DNA of 38,736 nucleotides from Octopus sinensis (lineage: Eukaryota). The position numbers and the translations under genes were made by a program. The stretch spans positions 1 through 38,736 of the forward strand of contig NW_021835727.1 in assembly GCF_006345805.1 (NCBI RefSeq), written 5' to 3'. The notes beneath the pieces are model-generated. The model was not told where the DNA came from. It ran no database searches and saw only the letters and a list, made by a program, of their open reading frames with translations. Shown here piece after piece: positions 23,335 through 36,487 of this stretch. Numbering within the stretch: the first letter of the stretch is position 1; the number at the start of each line of letters is the position of its first letter.

Positions 23335-23520
23335 CTAAGTGGCAGAATCGTTATCACGCCGGACAAAATGCTTAGCGGCATTTTGTCCGTCTTTATGTTC
23401 TGAGTTCAAATTTCATCGAGGTCAACTTTGATTTTCATCCTTTCGGGGTCAACAGAGTAGGTACCAATCAAACACTGGAGTCGATGCAACTGAGTGTAAA
23501 CCTTCCCCAAAATGCTGGTC
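23335..23520 (+). mobile_element. SINE B, degenerate
   Basis: TGGCAGAATCGTTATCACGCCGG...TTCTGAGTTCAAATT...TTTCATCCTTTCGGGGTC. Confidence 0.8.
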
Positions 23521-24014
23521 CCGGTGTCGATGAAATAATACCAGTGATATACTGAGGTCTATTTCATCGACAATACTCCCCCGCCCATAATTTGTGGTCC
23601 AGTACCGATATTAGTAAAGTTATTATACAAATGGATCAGGGCTTCGAACACCGGATCATAATGCCGAGAGTTCCAATACCGGATCGGGCAATATGAAGTA
23701 TCCTTCAGTAAGATTCTTTTATTCACGTTGCCTCAGTCTATTCGGCTGTCAATAGGAAGCAACCATATTTTTCAATCTACACGGTAAATATATTACCGTG
23801 AAGAAAAATAAGGAAAGATATAAATGATGTCACAGATGGGGAACTGGTGACATAGGTAGAGGAAGAATGTCACACGGATCCAAAGTGCTGTCAAATTTTT
23901 GTTTAGGGCCAGCAGAGGTCCCTCACCGAGAAAGTCTAAGATAAAAAAAAATCTTCTAGTCATTACGAAACCGCTATTTGTTCTTCCATCATGTTTAGGA
24001 CTATATAACCCACC

Positions 24015-24250
24015 GTACTTACTTACTTGTACTTGTGTCGACATTTACCCTGGGCGGGTTGAGTCGGCTTCTTCTACCACCCTCGAAGCATCTCGAACCA
24101 TGGCAGCCCACGCACGACGGTCCTGCGCCAGTTCACTGGAGATAGCGAGCCAGTCACGGTTCCATCGGCGCAGGTTGACCACCTGCAGACCCGTGAGCAC
24201 GGAGAGGTCCACCTTGATCGTCGTAGCCCAGGTCCGTGACATCCTCTGAT
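24015..24250 (-). pseudogene. RTE-group LINE 3' end with (CAAGTA/AAGT)n tail
   Basis: RTWATTIKVDL...RRWNRDWL..SSELAQDRRAWAAMVRD, stop, then short tandem tail. Confidence 0.8.
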
Positions 24251-24814
24251 TAAGGCGGTAGTATGTGAGGGAAATTTGGCTGATATTTCTAGCGCGTGGG
24301 GGGGGGGGGGGTCAGTACGTAGAAGTTCTCCCGCCATGCTAACGTTGAACGAGAGCTGATTTGCAAAATACATCCCTGAATCTCTAAAAGTGTTTGTTCT
24401 GTATTGTTACTACATCACATATAAAACATTGTTGCTGTGTGTGTCCATGTTACAATATCGCTCTCTTTCTCTCTCTCCCTTTTCTCTCTCTCTCCCTCTC
24501 TTTCTCTCTCCCCTTCTCCCTCTTTCTCTTCCCCTCTCTTTCTCTCTCTCCCCTTTCTCTCTTTCCTTAATATCGTTGTGTACAACCATGTTACTTCATA
24601 ATTTTTTGCAACCACATGAAAACCACACAAATGTATGCCACTGCAATCTATTTACCACTTTAGACCTAGGTAGGCCTCGGCTTATAATCAGAGATGCTCC
24701 AATCATGACCATCTAGTCAATTACTCAGAAATACTTAAGATTAAGAACAATGCACAATAAGATAGTAAGATCCACAAAAGTAGAATCCGAGAACTATAAA
24801 GTTTCTGTGGTAAA

Positions 24815-25046
24815 GGCGGCGAACTGGCAGAAACGTTAGCACGCCGGGCGAAATGCTTAGCAGTACTTCATCTGCCGCTACGTTCTGAGTTCAAATTCCA
24901 CCGAGGTCGACTTTGCCTTTCATCCTTTCGGGGTCGATAAATTAAGTACCAGTTACGCACTGGGGTCGATATAATCGACTTAATCTGTTTGTCTGTCCTT
25001 GTTCATCCCCTCTGTGTTGAGCCCCTTGTCTGTAGTAAAGAAATAG
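24815..25046 (+). mobile_element. SINE B, well preserved (central block resembles the Meta domain)
   Basis: tRNA-like head, B-box-like GAGTTCAAATTCC and GCCTTTCATCCTTTCGGGGTCGATAAATTAAGTACC. The Meta resemblance is from memory of the consensus. Confidence 0.88.
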
Positions 25047-25244
25047 ATAATCTGGGTGGTATGGTGGTACGGTGGTCCTGGAGGAGTGGCAAACGCCCAA
25101 GAAGTAGATCGGAAAGGATATGTGAGACCGAGAGAAGAGGAGGTTCTGTCAGGTAGGATCAAACTGGGCAAAGGTGTGCGTGCGCGGACAATTGCTTCCT
25201 TTTCTTGTCAATCGAATATAGAGTAACCATTAATCCATACACGC

Positions 25245-25390
25245 TTTTTTCTCTCTCCATCCGTTTTCCTTCCTCACTCCTTTCCGTAGAAGAGCTTTAG
25301 GCCCGAAACGTTAAAGCAATTCTTCCATTTTTCCTGATCGTTAAACTGGTACACACTATTTGTTATTCTTTCGCCCATCTTTGTGGCTTT
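25245..25390 (+). mobile_element. Short element with degenerate hammerhead-like fold (25280-25316)
   Basis: CTTT-CCGTAGA-A-GAGC-TTTAG-GCCC-GAAAC-GTT-AAAG then TTCCTGATCGTTA; homologous to 38540-38696. Confidence 0.6.
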
Positions 25391-25540
25391 AAAAAAAATG
25401 TTTTTGGACCATAGTTAAGATTACTTTGTCAACAATATCCGTTCTTTTTAAACGGGTATAATTTCAGGTGTTTGTACGTGCTCGACTACTGATGTGTGTG
25501 TATGAGTAAATATGTATGTATGTATGTATGTATGTATGTG

Positions 25541-25581
<41 letters not shown>

Positions 25582-26019
25582 AATATATGGACTATGTGAA
25601 TGACTGCTGCCCTCTGCAATCCTCGCAATATCAAGGTTTCCTCTGGGGTTTTCTTCTCCATCCCCCATTTCGTTCGGTAATATTTCTGTCCTTGTAATTG
25701 CATCTAGTGCCTTCTTCTTCTGCCAGAACTCAGAAAGACAGGATTTCAAGACTGTGCAACAGAAACGATAGGAGTCTGTCAGCTGCTGCAGTGATATCCG
25801 TGGGACGCTGGAATTTAGGACTAATCACACATTAATAAGATAATTAATTTTGTTCAAAACTGTATCAATTACTGAGTGTTAATGTACACACACACACACA
25901 CGCACACATACTTACAAACATTTGCATGGGTGTATATGTGTATATATATGTATATATATAAACACATGTATATAAAAACGTGTGTATATATATCTATATA
26001 AACACATGTATGTAAAAAC

Positions 26020-26115
<96 letters not shown>

Positions 26116-26279
26116 CACATATGATGTGTGTGTGTGTGTGTGGAAAAGAAGTTGAAGAAAAAATATAATGAAGCTACATCTTTCGTTTTGGCTAAACCTG
26201 ATGCGCGCATATTTTCAATGACATAAGCGATCATATTTCTGTTAGTGTCACATACGTACTTGCACAACGTCAAGCACAA

Positions 26280-26314
<35 letters not shown>

Positions 26315-26962
26315 GGCATACACTGAGACACACACACCGAGACACATATAACATGGCGAGAAACGCTATTATTCTTATTGAATATAGTCAGGAGGAACAA
26401 AGAACAACATATTTCCTTAGAAAGTATTATTCTTTGCTTTTCCGAGTCCTTCATTTTCTCTTTCTATTTTTCTTTTGGGCCAGATATCCCGTCAGAGATA
26501 ATGGGACTGAATTAAATAAGACGAGCAATTGTGTCACCCTATTCAACTAATTCTACTTATCCATCCACCCCCTATGTTTTCCACCCCTTTAATCAGCACC
26601 CCTGTAAACAGCCCATCTTTCTATGGATTCTATCAATCCAGTTATCACCTCTATATCCACCACCCGTGTCTCCTGAAACGGTAAATATGGATTTCCATGA
26701 GAGACACACCACTTGACCTTCAGGCAGAAGAATAATGCATTAAATAAACCAAGTGCTTGGGTTGTACTTCGCTGGTACTTCGTTGTCACTATCCTTTGCT
26801 GATTCCAAAAAGTTGAACACCAAAGCTGGTCTCGGTGAAATTTTAACTCTGGACGTTAAGAGACCCAACGAATTACGGCAGCTTCTGTTAGTCCTTCCTG
26901 CTCGCCTACAAACCTAAGTTTATTCCACACTGGGCCGTCCGCTAGATTACGTATGTTGCCGA

Positions 26963-27303
26963 AGCGAAATGAAGTGTTTTGCTCAAGAATGCAACGCATC
27001 GCCCGATTCAGGAATCGAAACCACAATCTCATGATCACGAGTCCAACATCCAGAACAACTAAGCCACGCGCATCCGCTAAACATAAATTATCCTTTCTAC
27101 CCTGGGCACATGGCCTGAGATTTTAGGGCAGGGGGCTAGTCGATTACATCGACCCCAATACTCAACAAGTGCTTATTTTATCGACCCCGGAATGGTAAAA
27201 GGCAAAGTCGACCTCGGCGCAATTTGAACCCAGAATCTGATGACAGACGAAATACCACTAAGCTTTTTACCCAGCATGCTAACGACTCTGCCAGCTCGTT
27301 GCT
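26963..27303 (-). mobile_element. SINE D head (26963-27075) next to SINE B (27088-27303)
   Basis: GCTCAAGAATGCAACGCA...CTAAGCCACGCGC and CGATTACATCGACCCC...CTGCCAGCTCG. Confidence 0.8.
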
Positions 27304-27621
27304 TTACTCAACCTAAATAGTGAGATCGCTTTATCAAACCCTGTTGCTTACGAAGAGCTGCTTATACTATGTATAAGGTATAAAGGGTACCACGGTGAAA
27401 TCAATAACAGGGATGACCCCAGAGCCCTTCAGATGTTTGCTAACAGATGCTTTTACTCTTCATATCCTCTTAGAGACAAAACACGAAACAGCTGTCGAAG
27501 AAACGAAAACTTGGGAGACATTTCTTGCTTAAACAATAAAGTAAGATAAAACGACTTTGAGAACAATACGAGGAAGAAAGGGTGTAGTGGGAGGAGATGC
27601 CTCTCTTATAATTACATAAAG

Positions 27622-27668
<47 letters not shown>

Positions 27669-28054
27669 CTCTTTCTCTTTTTCTCTCTACTTCTCTTTCT
27701 AGTTCTGGTAATTTACACCTTGAAATAAATCTGCTTGGATATGTAAACATTAAACTAAATGAATCCAAGACAAACAATAAAATGGCGTTAAAGCAACAAA
27801 TTGCAGAATGGCAAATGATATCAATATGTAAGAGATATCACATTCAGAGCAACAATAATTGATATCGCATCACACCGCTGCTGCTGCTGCTGCTGCTGTT
27901 GGTACTGCTGCTGCTCTCTAGTCTCCGCTCTCCATTTACAAGTTTCTAGTACTTACAGATTCACTTCATAAAATTACACCTTACCGTGTCATCGTATCTT
28001 TTCAAGGCTTATCGGATGATTTTAGGAACAAGATTTTACCCTTTCATAATCTAT

Positions 28055-28419
<365 letters not shown>

Positions 28420-28759
28420 TTTATGCGTGTGCATGAAATGAAATAGGTGTAACGGAGTAACGTATCGCATTTATTGCTTCGCTTGTGTCTCGATGTCGCC
28501 CGTCATATTTTAAAGTATTTCAGATGTTAAATTTTACATCCCAAGCTTTGAAATCTGAGAATGAATATTTATATGGTTCGTTTTAAGTAAATGTATAATA
28601 CGTACATACACTTGTATATCGTGATAATGTCCTTAATTGTCCGAAAGCCGATGACGCAGAACTCAAAGTAACAACATTACAGGACCTCAATTTTAAATTG
28701 ATATTATTATTTATTACTATGTACATGGCGTACATTTTCTTTTACTCAGTTTAAATCAC

Positions 28760-28802
<43 letters not shown>

Positions 28803-28851
28803 GATACCGACATACTCACAGAAACCCACACATATATCTAATTCTAGGAAT

Positions 28852-29010
28852 AGGTGTGGCCTTGTGCTGAGAAGCTTGCTTCCTAACCACATGGTTCCAC
28901 GTTCAGTCCCACTGCACGACACCTTGGGCAAGTGTCTTCTATTATAACCTCAGGTTAGCCAAAGTGTTGCGACTGGATTTGGTTGACGGAATCTGAAAGA
29001 ATCCTGCCGT
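28852..29010 (+). mobile_element. SINE A 5' half
   Basis: GAAGCTTGCTTCCTAACCACATGGTTCCACGTTCAGTCCCACTGC...CTTGGGCAAGTGTCTTCT. Confidence 0.85.
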
Positions 29011-29059
29011 TTATTGATATCTATATATATATATTAATTATTATAATAATAATAATATA

Positions 29060-29113
<54 letters not shown>

Positions 29114-29129
29114 CACATATATATATATA

Positions 29130-29237
29130 AAATTTTTTGCGTAATAAGATAAAAGGCTGTATAGATATTAGACCATTTATAGATAGAAGGTCTTACAGCA
29201 GTTTCTAGGATATTTATTAATAATATCTCTTCATCTC
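29130..29237 (-). mobile_element. Short element truncated within a hammerhead-like core
   Basis: Minus strand GATGAA-GAGATATT...AATATCCT-AGAAAC-TGCT-GTA-AGAC; C3U4 and the 5' strand of stem I are missing; 3' end at (TA)n. Confidence 0.5.
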
Positions 29238-29392
29238 ATTACGCAAGAAATTCATGTATACACACGCTGACATAGAACCAACGTTGAACCCTTTATTCGT
29301 AATATTACCGAATCTGGAACTTAACTATGGTCTGTCCATAGCACTTATTCAGCATTACCTGACACCTTTGGGTCTCAATGACACCGTTATCT

Positions 29393-29427
<35 letters not shown>

Positions 29428-29555
29428 ACACACATATATATATATACACATATATATATATATAACACACACACCATATATATATATATATTATATATAT
29501 ATATATATTAATATATATATATATGTTGTGTGTGTGTGTGTGTGTACATATATAT

Positions 29556-29891
29556 GGTTGCGCATGGCTCAGTGGTTAGAGCGTCGAGCTTACGATCGTG
29601 AGGTTGTGAGCTCGAATCCCGGACCGGGCTGCGTGTTGTGTTCATGAGCAAGGCACTTTATTTCACGTTGCTCCAGTTCACTCAGCTGTAGAAATGAGTT
29701 GCGACGTCACTGGTTCCAAGCTGTATCGACCTTTGTCTTTCCCTTGGATAACACTGGTGGCGTGGAGAGGGGAGGCCGGTATGCATGGGCGACTACTGGT
29801 CTTCCATAAACAACCTCGCCCGGACTTGTGTCTAGGAGGGTAACTTTCTAGGTGCAATCCCATGGTCTGTGTCGTGACCGAAGGGGGTCTC
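29556..29891 (+). mobile_element. SINE D, tail type 2 (CORE-like central block)
   Basis: A box TGGCTCAGTGG, B-box-like GCTCGAATCCC, then GAGCAAGGCACTTTATTTCACGTTGCTCCAGTTCACTCAGCTGTAGAAATG. Confidence 0.85.
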
Positions 29892-29940
29892 CGAATCTCC
29901 GAATATATATATATATATATATAATATATATATATATATA

Positions 29941-30095
29941 TACCGGAGTAAACACATAAATGTGAAACAAGGTGGAAAAAGAGTACTCAAATACCAGTGG
30001 TAGAGTAATATGCTTTATTTAAAGCAGCAGAAAATTCAACAAACCTGTTACTCTGAGTTTCACGTTGCAACGGGAAACTCAGAGTAAAAGAGTAT
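29941..30095 (-). mobile_element. Short element ending in a 40-bp spacer-less palindrome (30048-30087) that contains a hammerhead 3' half
   Basis: TTACTCTGAGTTTCACGTTG|CAACGGGAAACTCAGAGTAA, 19/20 matches; GAAAC-TCAGA-GTA on both strands; AATAAA downstream on the minus strand; (TA)n flanks. Confidence 0.65.
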
Positions 30096-30140
30096 TCTAT
30101 ATATATAATATATATATATTATATATATATATATATATAT

Positions 30141-30201
30141 ACTCTTTTACTCTTTTACTTGTTTCAGTCATTTGACTGCGGCCATGCTGGAGCACCGCCT
30201 T
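30141..30201 (-). mobile_element. SINE A tail only, in (TA)n
   Basis: GGCGGTGCTCCAGCATGGCCGCAGTCAAATGACTGAAACAAGTAAAAGAGTAAAAGAG on the minus strand. Confidence 0.85.
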
Positions 30202-30239
30202 TATATATATATATATATATACACACACATATATACACA

Positions 30240-31744
30240 CACCACGAACCATTCTAATAGCTTAGGAGTGAAATTTAGGATTTCTCGGTTTTTGTGAATT
30301 GATTTTCATAAAAAATTTTCCCAGCTGGTTTGCACACTCTGGCAGCACGATTGTTATGTTTTTATTATTCTGTGTAACGTCCTTTCTTTTTTTATTTCAG
30401 ATTCTTCAGTTTTGGGGTGAACCACATTGATAGCGTCTCTCCTCACTAAGAACAATGGAACGTGGAAACGTGTGTCATCATCAATGAAAGAGCTAAACGT
30501 ACCCCTCTTCATACCACTGCGGAGAAGTTAGGTCGTCATGTGGACGCAATTAGATGATTCACGAAGGACTCTTCGCCAAGGATGAAACGATCCGATTGTA
30601 GGAACTCCAAGACTGTGACAACTAGGGATTTCAGGAATATTGGCCGCAAGTTAAGTGAGAAACCTGGACAAACAAGCGAAGTCATTTTTTCATCATCCGG
30701 ACTTCCTCATGTTCCAAAAACCACCAGAAATCACATTCTGCGAGAACCCCTGAAACTGCCTCCTTTAATGCCCCGTCTCAGGAGTTTAAGGCTTTAATGG
30801 GCCCAAAGGTACATGACGTTAGACATGAGTTGTGTTCTGTTCCCTGACGAAACCAGGGTGACGGACCTGATGGTTGGGCAAAAATGGTTGGGCCTATTTT
30901 GGAGATGAGCGTCACCAACGTTTAAGTCGACAACAGGGTGGAGGGGTTATGTTGTGGACGAGTATCACTAGGGACAGACTTCGTTGACCTCGTCAGAGTG
31001 CCTGAAGGGGTTAAAGTGACCGCAGCTGCCTACTGCAATCTCGTGAAGGAGGTCTTGGATCCCTGGTTAGATGACATACTCCTGTCACTTTTAAGGTATC
31101 TCGTATTCATGCATGACATCGCTCCCTCCCACTCTGCCAAGACCACCCAAACTTTCCTAGGGTCTTACGGCATACAAGGTGAAAGATTGATGGTGTGGCT
31201 GCTAGCATCTCCGGATCTTAACCCTATCAAAAATCTTTGGTCCATCATTAAACAAGATGTTTATGCCGATGGACACCAATTTACATCAAAAGATGTCTTA
31301 TGGGCGACCATCAAACCTGCTGCAGGGGCAGTCCAACATATTCAGGAATTGATCGATTCCATGACTAATAGGGTTTTTGAAGTTATCCATCGAAATGGCT
31401 CTCATGTGGCTAAATAATTCATTATGTCAATAAATGTTATAATATTATTATGGTTTTCTGTTAAATATATACTCAATGTCTGCATAATAGGTATCGTTAC
31501 TGTTCATTTTCTGAAAAGAAATGTCTAGATGTGTTATTTTCGTTCAAAAGCTATCTGCGTGGTTCACCCAAAAACTGAAGAATCTGGAATAAAAAAGAAA
31601 GGACGTTACACGGAATAATGAAAAAATAACAATGGTGTTGCCATAGTGTGCAAACCAGCGTGGAAAAGTTTTATCAAAATCGAACGCCCAGAAAACGGAA
31701 AAATCCCAAATTTCACTCCTAAACTGTTAGCGTAGTTCTGGGTG
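30240..31744 (+). mobile_element. Full-length Tc1-like DD37E (TRT-like) DNA transposon with ~185-bp TIRs
   Basis: 30240-30425 is the reverse complement of 31559-31744 (diverged); TA follows the right end; transposase inside. Confidence 0.9.
30455..31417 (+). pseudogene. DD37E transposase pseudogene
   Basis: FPDETR, DGPDGW, QQGGGVMLW, RVPEGVKV, FMHDIAPSH...SPDLNPIKNLWSI; 37 residues between D and the E position (now K); stops and frameshifts. Confidence 0.88.
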
Positions 31745-31828
31745 TATATAGAGGAAAAAGCAAAACCAAAGCAGAACGAATATCTCAAGTCATTTAGAAT
31801 AATTTAATTAGGATAAAGTGAATTTGAA

Positions 31829-31905
31829 GTCTTTACAGCCGTTTCTGGTAAAACCCAAGTGGTAGGTTAGCATGGTCACGCACTGGGTATTCCGGCATCA
31901 GACAC
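31829..31905 (-). ncRNA. Degenerate hammerhead-like motif with long stem II
   Basis: CTGATG-CCGGAATACCCAGTG...CACTTGGGTTTTACC-AGAAAC-GGCT-GTA; A9 missing and stem I weak. Confidence 0.4.
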
Positions 31906-32288
31906 AAGGTATGAATATTTTAGACGGGGAAAATTTACAGTTGAGAAGGAATGAAAAATATTCTCAGTTGAAAATAGAAGAATAAAGAGTAAAGATAGAA
32001 TAGAGGTGGGAGAATAATGTTCACAACTCATCTCTTTTGCAGAGAATATGGATGCTGGTCGGTACTTCCATGAAGGTACAGGTGTTTAATTAAAATCTCA
32101 GGTAAATCCAGGCGGCATTTTGAATGATGATTGAAGCGATAAATAATATGTAAATATGTATATAGAACGAGGAAGTAAGATAGACATAAATGGGTTTTGT
32201 GAGTGGGTGAGTGTACACACACACACACACACACACATTAGAAAAAATCATTAAAGTGGAAAAATTATTAGAAAAGATATTTCTATAC

Positions 32289-32334
<46 letters not shown>

Positions 32335-32387
32335 ATATATATATATATATCTGTAAATATAATATGTGACAATTATTCGGTAGCCAT

Positions 32388-32435
32388 GATAAAACTCCGA
32401 GTTTCGGATGTCGGGGCGGCATCCCTTCCGTTATC
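32388..32435 (-). ncRNA. Degenerate hammerhead-like motif
   Basis: GATAA-CGGAAG-GGATG-ccgccccga-CATCC-GAAACT-CGG-AGTT-TTATC; all three stems pair, core is mutated; (TA)n about 40 nt 3'. Confidence 0.55.
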
Positions 32436-32863
32436 GGGCCATCGAAAATATGCTATGAAAATGACCGTTAAAACAAACGAAAATTACTGTGTGATTGACC
32501 GTTATTAAGACAAAAGAGCTATTAGAATGATCGCAAAGTGAGGGGAGGGAGTAAAGGTCTGGGAGTAAAAATGTTCATAGTAATCGCGTAAGCGCACATG
32601 TCCATACGTACACATGCGCGCCCAATCACCAACGTACATGCGCCTATATGTATCTACTCATCCACCCTCACTTGAAACACACATGCTCACCCTTACATTC
32701 GCCAAAAAATATATACATACCCGCATATCATGGTTACCGAATAATTGTCACATATATTTACAGAGAAATTCCACTATTTACATAATATCGAGGTTTCTTT
32801 CATTCTTTTGTCGTCTTGCATTTCTATCAATATATATATATATATATGAATATATATATACAT

Positions 32864-32911
<48 letters not shown>

Positions 32912-33013
32912 ATATATATATATCATATAATATATATATATGTATGTATGGTTTGTGTTATATATATATATATATAATATATTATACACACACATGTACA
33001 TAATATATATCTA

Positions 33014-33065
<52 letters not shown>

Positions 33066-33178
33066 TATATATATATAATATAATGCATGAATGCATTTAT
33101 ATAAGTACATGTACATATATGTATGTATATTACGGGATGCAAACGCATCTGTCTGTCTCTGAATATAATATATATACA

Positions 33179-33276
<98 letters not shown>

Positions 33277-33489
33277 TATCTGCTGATTTCGCACGTGTCG
33301 TTCACAAGGGTTGTAAACGAAGGAACAAAAGGTTAAGCGCTTTGCTTCTAACTTTCATTTCGCATTTCCATGAATATTCAGTGAGGGTGTGGGACATTCA
33401 AAAGACAACCAGGCTATGGGTTTACCAGCTGAGGGTCGGAAACAAACCACTAACTCTATATACTTCATATAGGATACTTTCAATTATAA

Positions 33490-33949
33490 TGTATGCGTGT
33501 GTGTATATTTGTATGTATGTATGTATGTATGTATGTATGTATGTATGTATGTATGTATGTATGTATGTATATATGTATGTGTGTGTGTATGTGTGTATAT
33601 ATGTATGTATGTATGAATGTATGAATGTATGTATGTTGTATGTATGTATGTATGCATGTATGTATGTATCTATGTATGACTGTATGCATGTACGTATGCA
33701 ATGTATGTATGTATGTATGTATGTATGTATGTATGTATGTATGTATGTGTGTGTGTGTATGTATGACTGTATGTATGTGTGTATGTATGTACGTATGCAA
33801 TGTATGTATGTATGTATGTATGAATGTATGAATGTATGTATGCATGTATGTATGTGTGTATGTATGTATGTACGTATGCAATGTATGTATGAATGTATGT
33901 ATGTATGTATGTATGTTTGTATGTATCTCCGAATAAACGCTTGTGTATG

Positions 33950-33982
<33 letters not shown>

Positions 33983-34047
33983 TATCTGTATGTATCTGTG
34001 AATGCACATGTGCGTGCATATATGTATGCATGTGTGTGTGTATGTGT

Positions 34048-34120
<73 letters not shown>
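33490..34120. repeat. Compound (ATGT)n/(TA)n/(TG)n array with a recurring GTACGTATGCAATGTATG variant
   Basis: Direct inspection; source of the 275/241/195-aa ORFs. Confidence 0.93.
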
Positions 34121-34122
<2 letters not shown>

Positions 34123-34499
34123 GTTAGTCTGACACCCGCTACGACTTCGCACCAGCGTTGTACGTCGGAGAAGGCAATTATTGAAATGTAGATATTTACC
34201 GTCATGCCTCATTGCAGATACGGTAACACGTGATATGACGGAATTCTACGTAATTTAACGAGATTCAACCTCCTCTGCTGTTTCTATGACTGGAGTGTTT
34301 GGTCGCTTCGGTGTTAACCTTACCAGCAGGACCTCCGCATGATGGAGGCCCTCCTCGTCTAATTACATACGAAGCATGCGCACACGTGGATATATATGTG
34401 TATCTGTGTGTGAGTGTGGATAGACACACACATACAAAGGCGTACGTAGTTACATCATATACGACTGCACAACAGAACTGTATGCGGATATGTAACTCT

Positions 34500-34537
<38 letters not shown>

Positions 34538-34561
34538 CTCTCTCTCTCTCTCTCTCTCCTC

Positions 34562-34620
<59 letters not shown>

Positions 34621-35916
34621 ATCTAAATATACGCCTGTCTGTCTGTCTGTCTCTGTTTATACACACGCACACACTCTTATGCAACACACACACACACAAG
34701 CTTACTCAAACATGCACGCATATAAAAATGCGTGCACACACACACACGTATAATCTACTACCGCTACCAGTGATAATGATGATAATAATAATAATAATAA
34801 TAATAATATTAATAATAACAATGACAACACCGTACCAAATGTAAACACTCTGCGTGATGTCGGCCATCAAATGTTATTTTTACGAAATCTTTAATCATGT
34901 TGTTGGAATTGTCTTATGTGATAAAGTTGTTTTTTGTTTCAAGCAACCACTCCCCAAAGTTTTCGCTATCAGGTGAGCCTCCCCATTTGTTAGTGTCGTT
35001 AGAACTGGCGACTTAATTTCACACATGGTTAGTTTGTTTTTCTTATTGTCCTGAGCCAAGATTGTCTTTTAAAAACAGTTTATAAATCCTATCGACCGCC
35101 CTCTGTCGACTTGTGTTGTTCTATCTTTGAACGATTTTCAATAGATAATTGCCCCGCGGACATGTTTTTGTTTCAGTTTAGCTTAATATTTTGTAAATCT
35201 TTGAAATGTTCAGTGTGGGTTGATATTGTTTGGTCTGTTAGAAAATAAACCTGAAGTAAATGACTGAAAGATATAGTTTCGTTGCGACCTACTCCAAAAC
35301 AGCGTCTATGGTGGGAAAACATTTAGACAATAACAGACTGTCTTGAGTATTTGCATGTATGTGTGTGTGTGTGTCCATGAGTTAATGAGGGTCCCTCTAG
35401 GTGTCCACACGACATGTAAATATTACTGCCAAAGCACACGCTAATCGCTTTAAAAAGAAACAGAACACATTGGATAATGAAGTCCCAGGTAGACTGTGCC
35501 TGAATAAAAGTCTAAGCTTTCACGTCTTGGATCCCATACGAAATGGATCAGAGTTCGTTTTGCGCTAAACAGCAACAACAACTCGACGACGACATCGACA
35601 ACACTAGAACGCGTGTTTATGCACACACACACACACATGTATATTTATATGTACATGCATGTATGTATAATGGTGTGTGCGTGTGTGAGTGCATATATAT
35701 GTACGTGTATATGTATGTGTATATGTGTTACTGTTTAATAGCAGCATTACCACCACCACCACCACTTCGCATTCATACAAGGCTTTTGATGTGAGGACAT
35801 CAGAATTTTCCTCTGGTTCCTTGTAGGGCCCTGCCAAAACCTCAAGGTCACTTCGTTTCCCCCTCTGATGAAAATATTTGAATACCTGTGCTTCTACGAT
35901 TATCAAGATTCAGAAC

Positions 35917-36062
35917 TGGTGTAAGAAGTTTGCTTCCCAACCACAAGGTTCTGGGTTCAGTCCCACTATGTAGCACCTTAAGCAAGTGTTTTCTATTATA
36001 GCCGCGAGCCGACCAAAACTTTGTGAGTGGATTTGGTAGATGGAAATTGAAAGAAGCTCATC

Positions 36063-36101
<39 letters not shown>

Positions 36102-36487
36102 GTTTTGTGCCTGTGTTTGTTCCTACCACTGCTTGACAACAAGTGTTGGCTTGTTTACGTCCCTCTAACTTAGCGGTCCGGCAATTAAAAAAATGTACTG
36201 GGAGTAGGGGGTCGATTCATTCGACTAGAAATGGTCGCCGTGTAATGACTGAAACAAGCAAAAAAAAAAGACACGAAATACCTATTTCTTTACTACCCAC
36301 AAGGGACAAACGGATTAAGTCGATTATATCGACCCCCAGTGCGTAACTGGTACTTAATTTATCGACCCCGAAAGGATGAAAGGCAAAGTTGACCTCAGCG
36401 GAATTTGAACTCAGAACGTAACGGCAGACGAAATACGGCTACGCATTTCGCCCGGCGTGCTAACGTTTCTGCCAGCTCCTCGCCGCC
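35917..36487. mobile_element. SINE A (+, 35917-36262) tail-to-tail with SINE B (-, 36270-36487)
   Basis: Family-diagnostic heads and tails in opposite orientation. Confidence 0.87.

Noticed and set aside
27237-27257. CTGATGA-CAGAC-GAAA hammerhead boxes
   Set aside because: Lies inside SINE B; other copies read CGTAA(A/C)G(A/G)C here and no stems form, so it is a chance mutation.
33123-34212. 275/241/195/180-aa ORFs (YVCM/HTYI repeats)
   Set aside because: Translations of (ATGT)n, (TA)n and (TG)n arrays.
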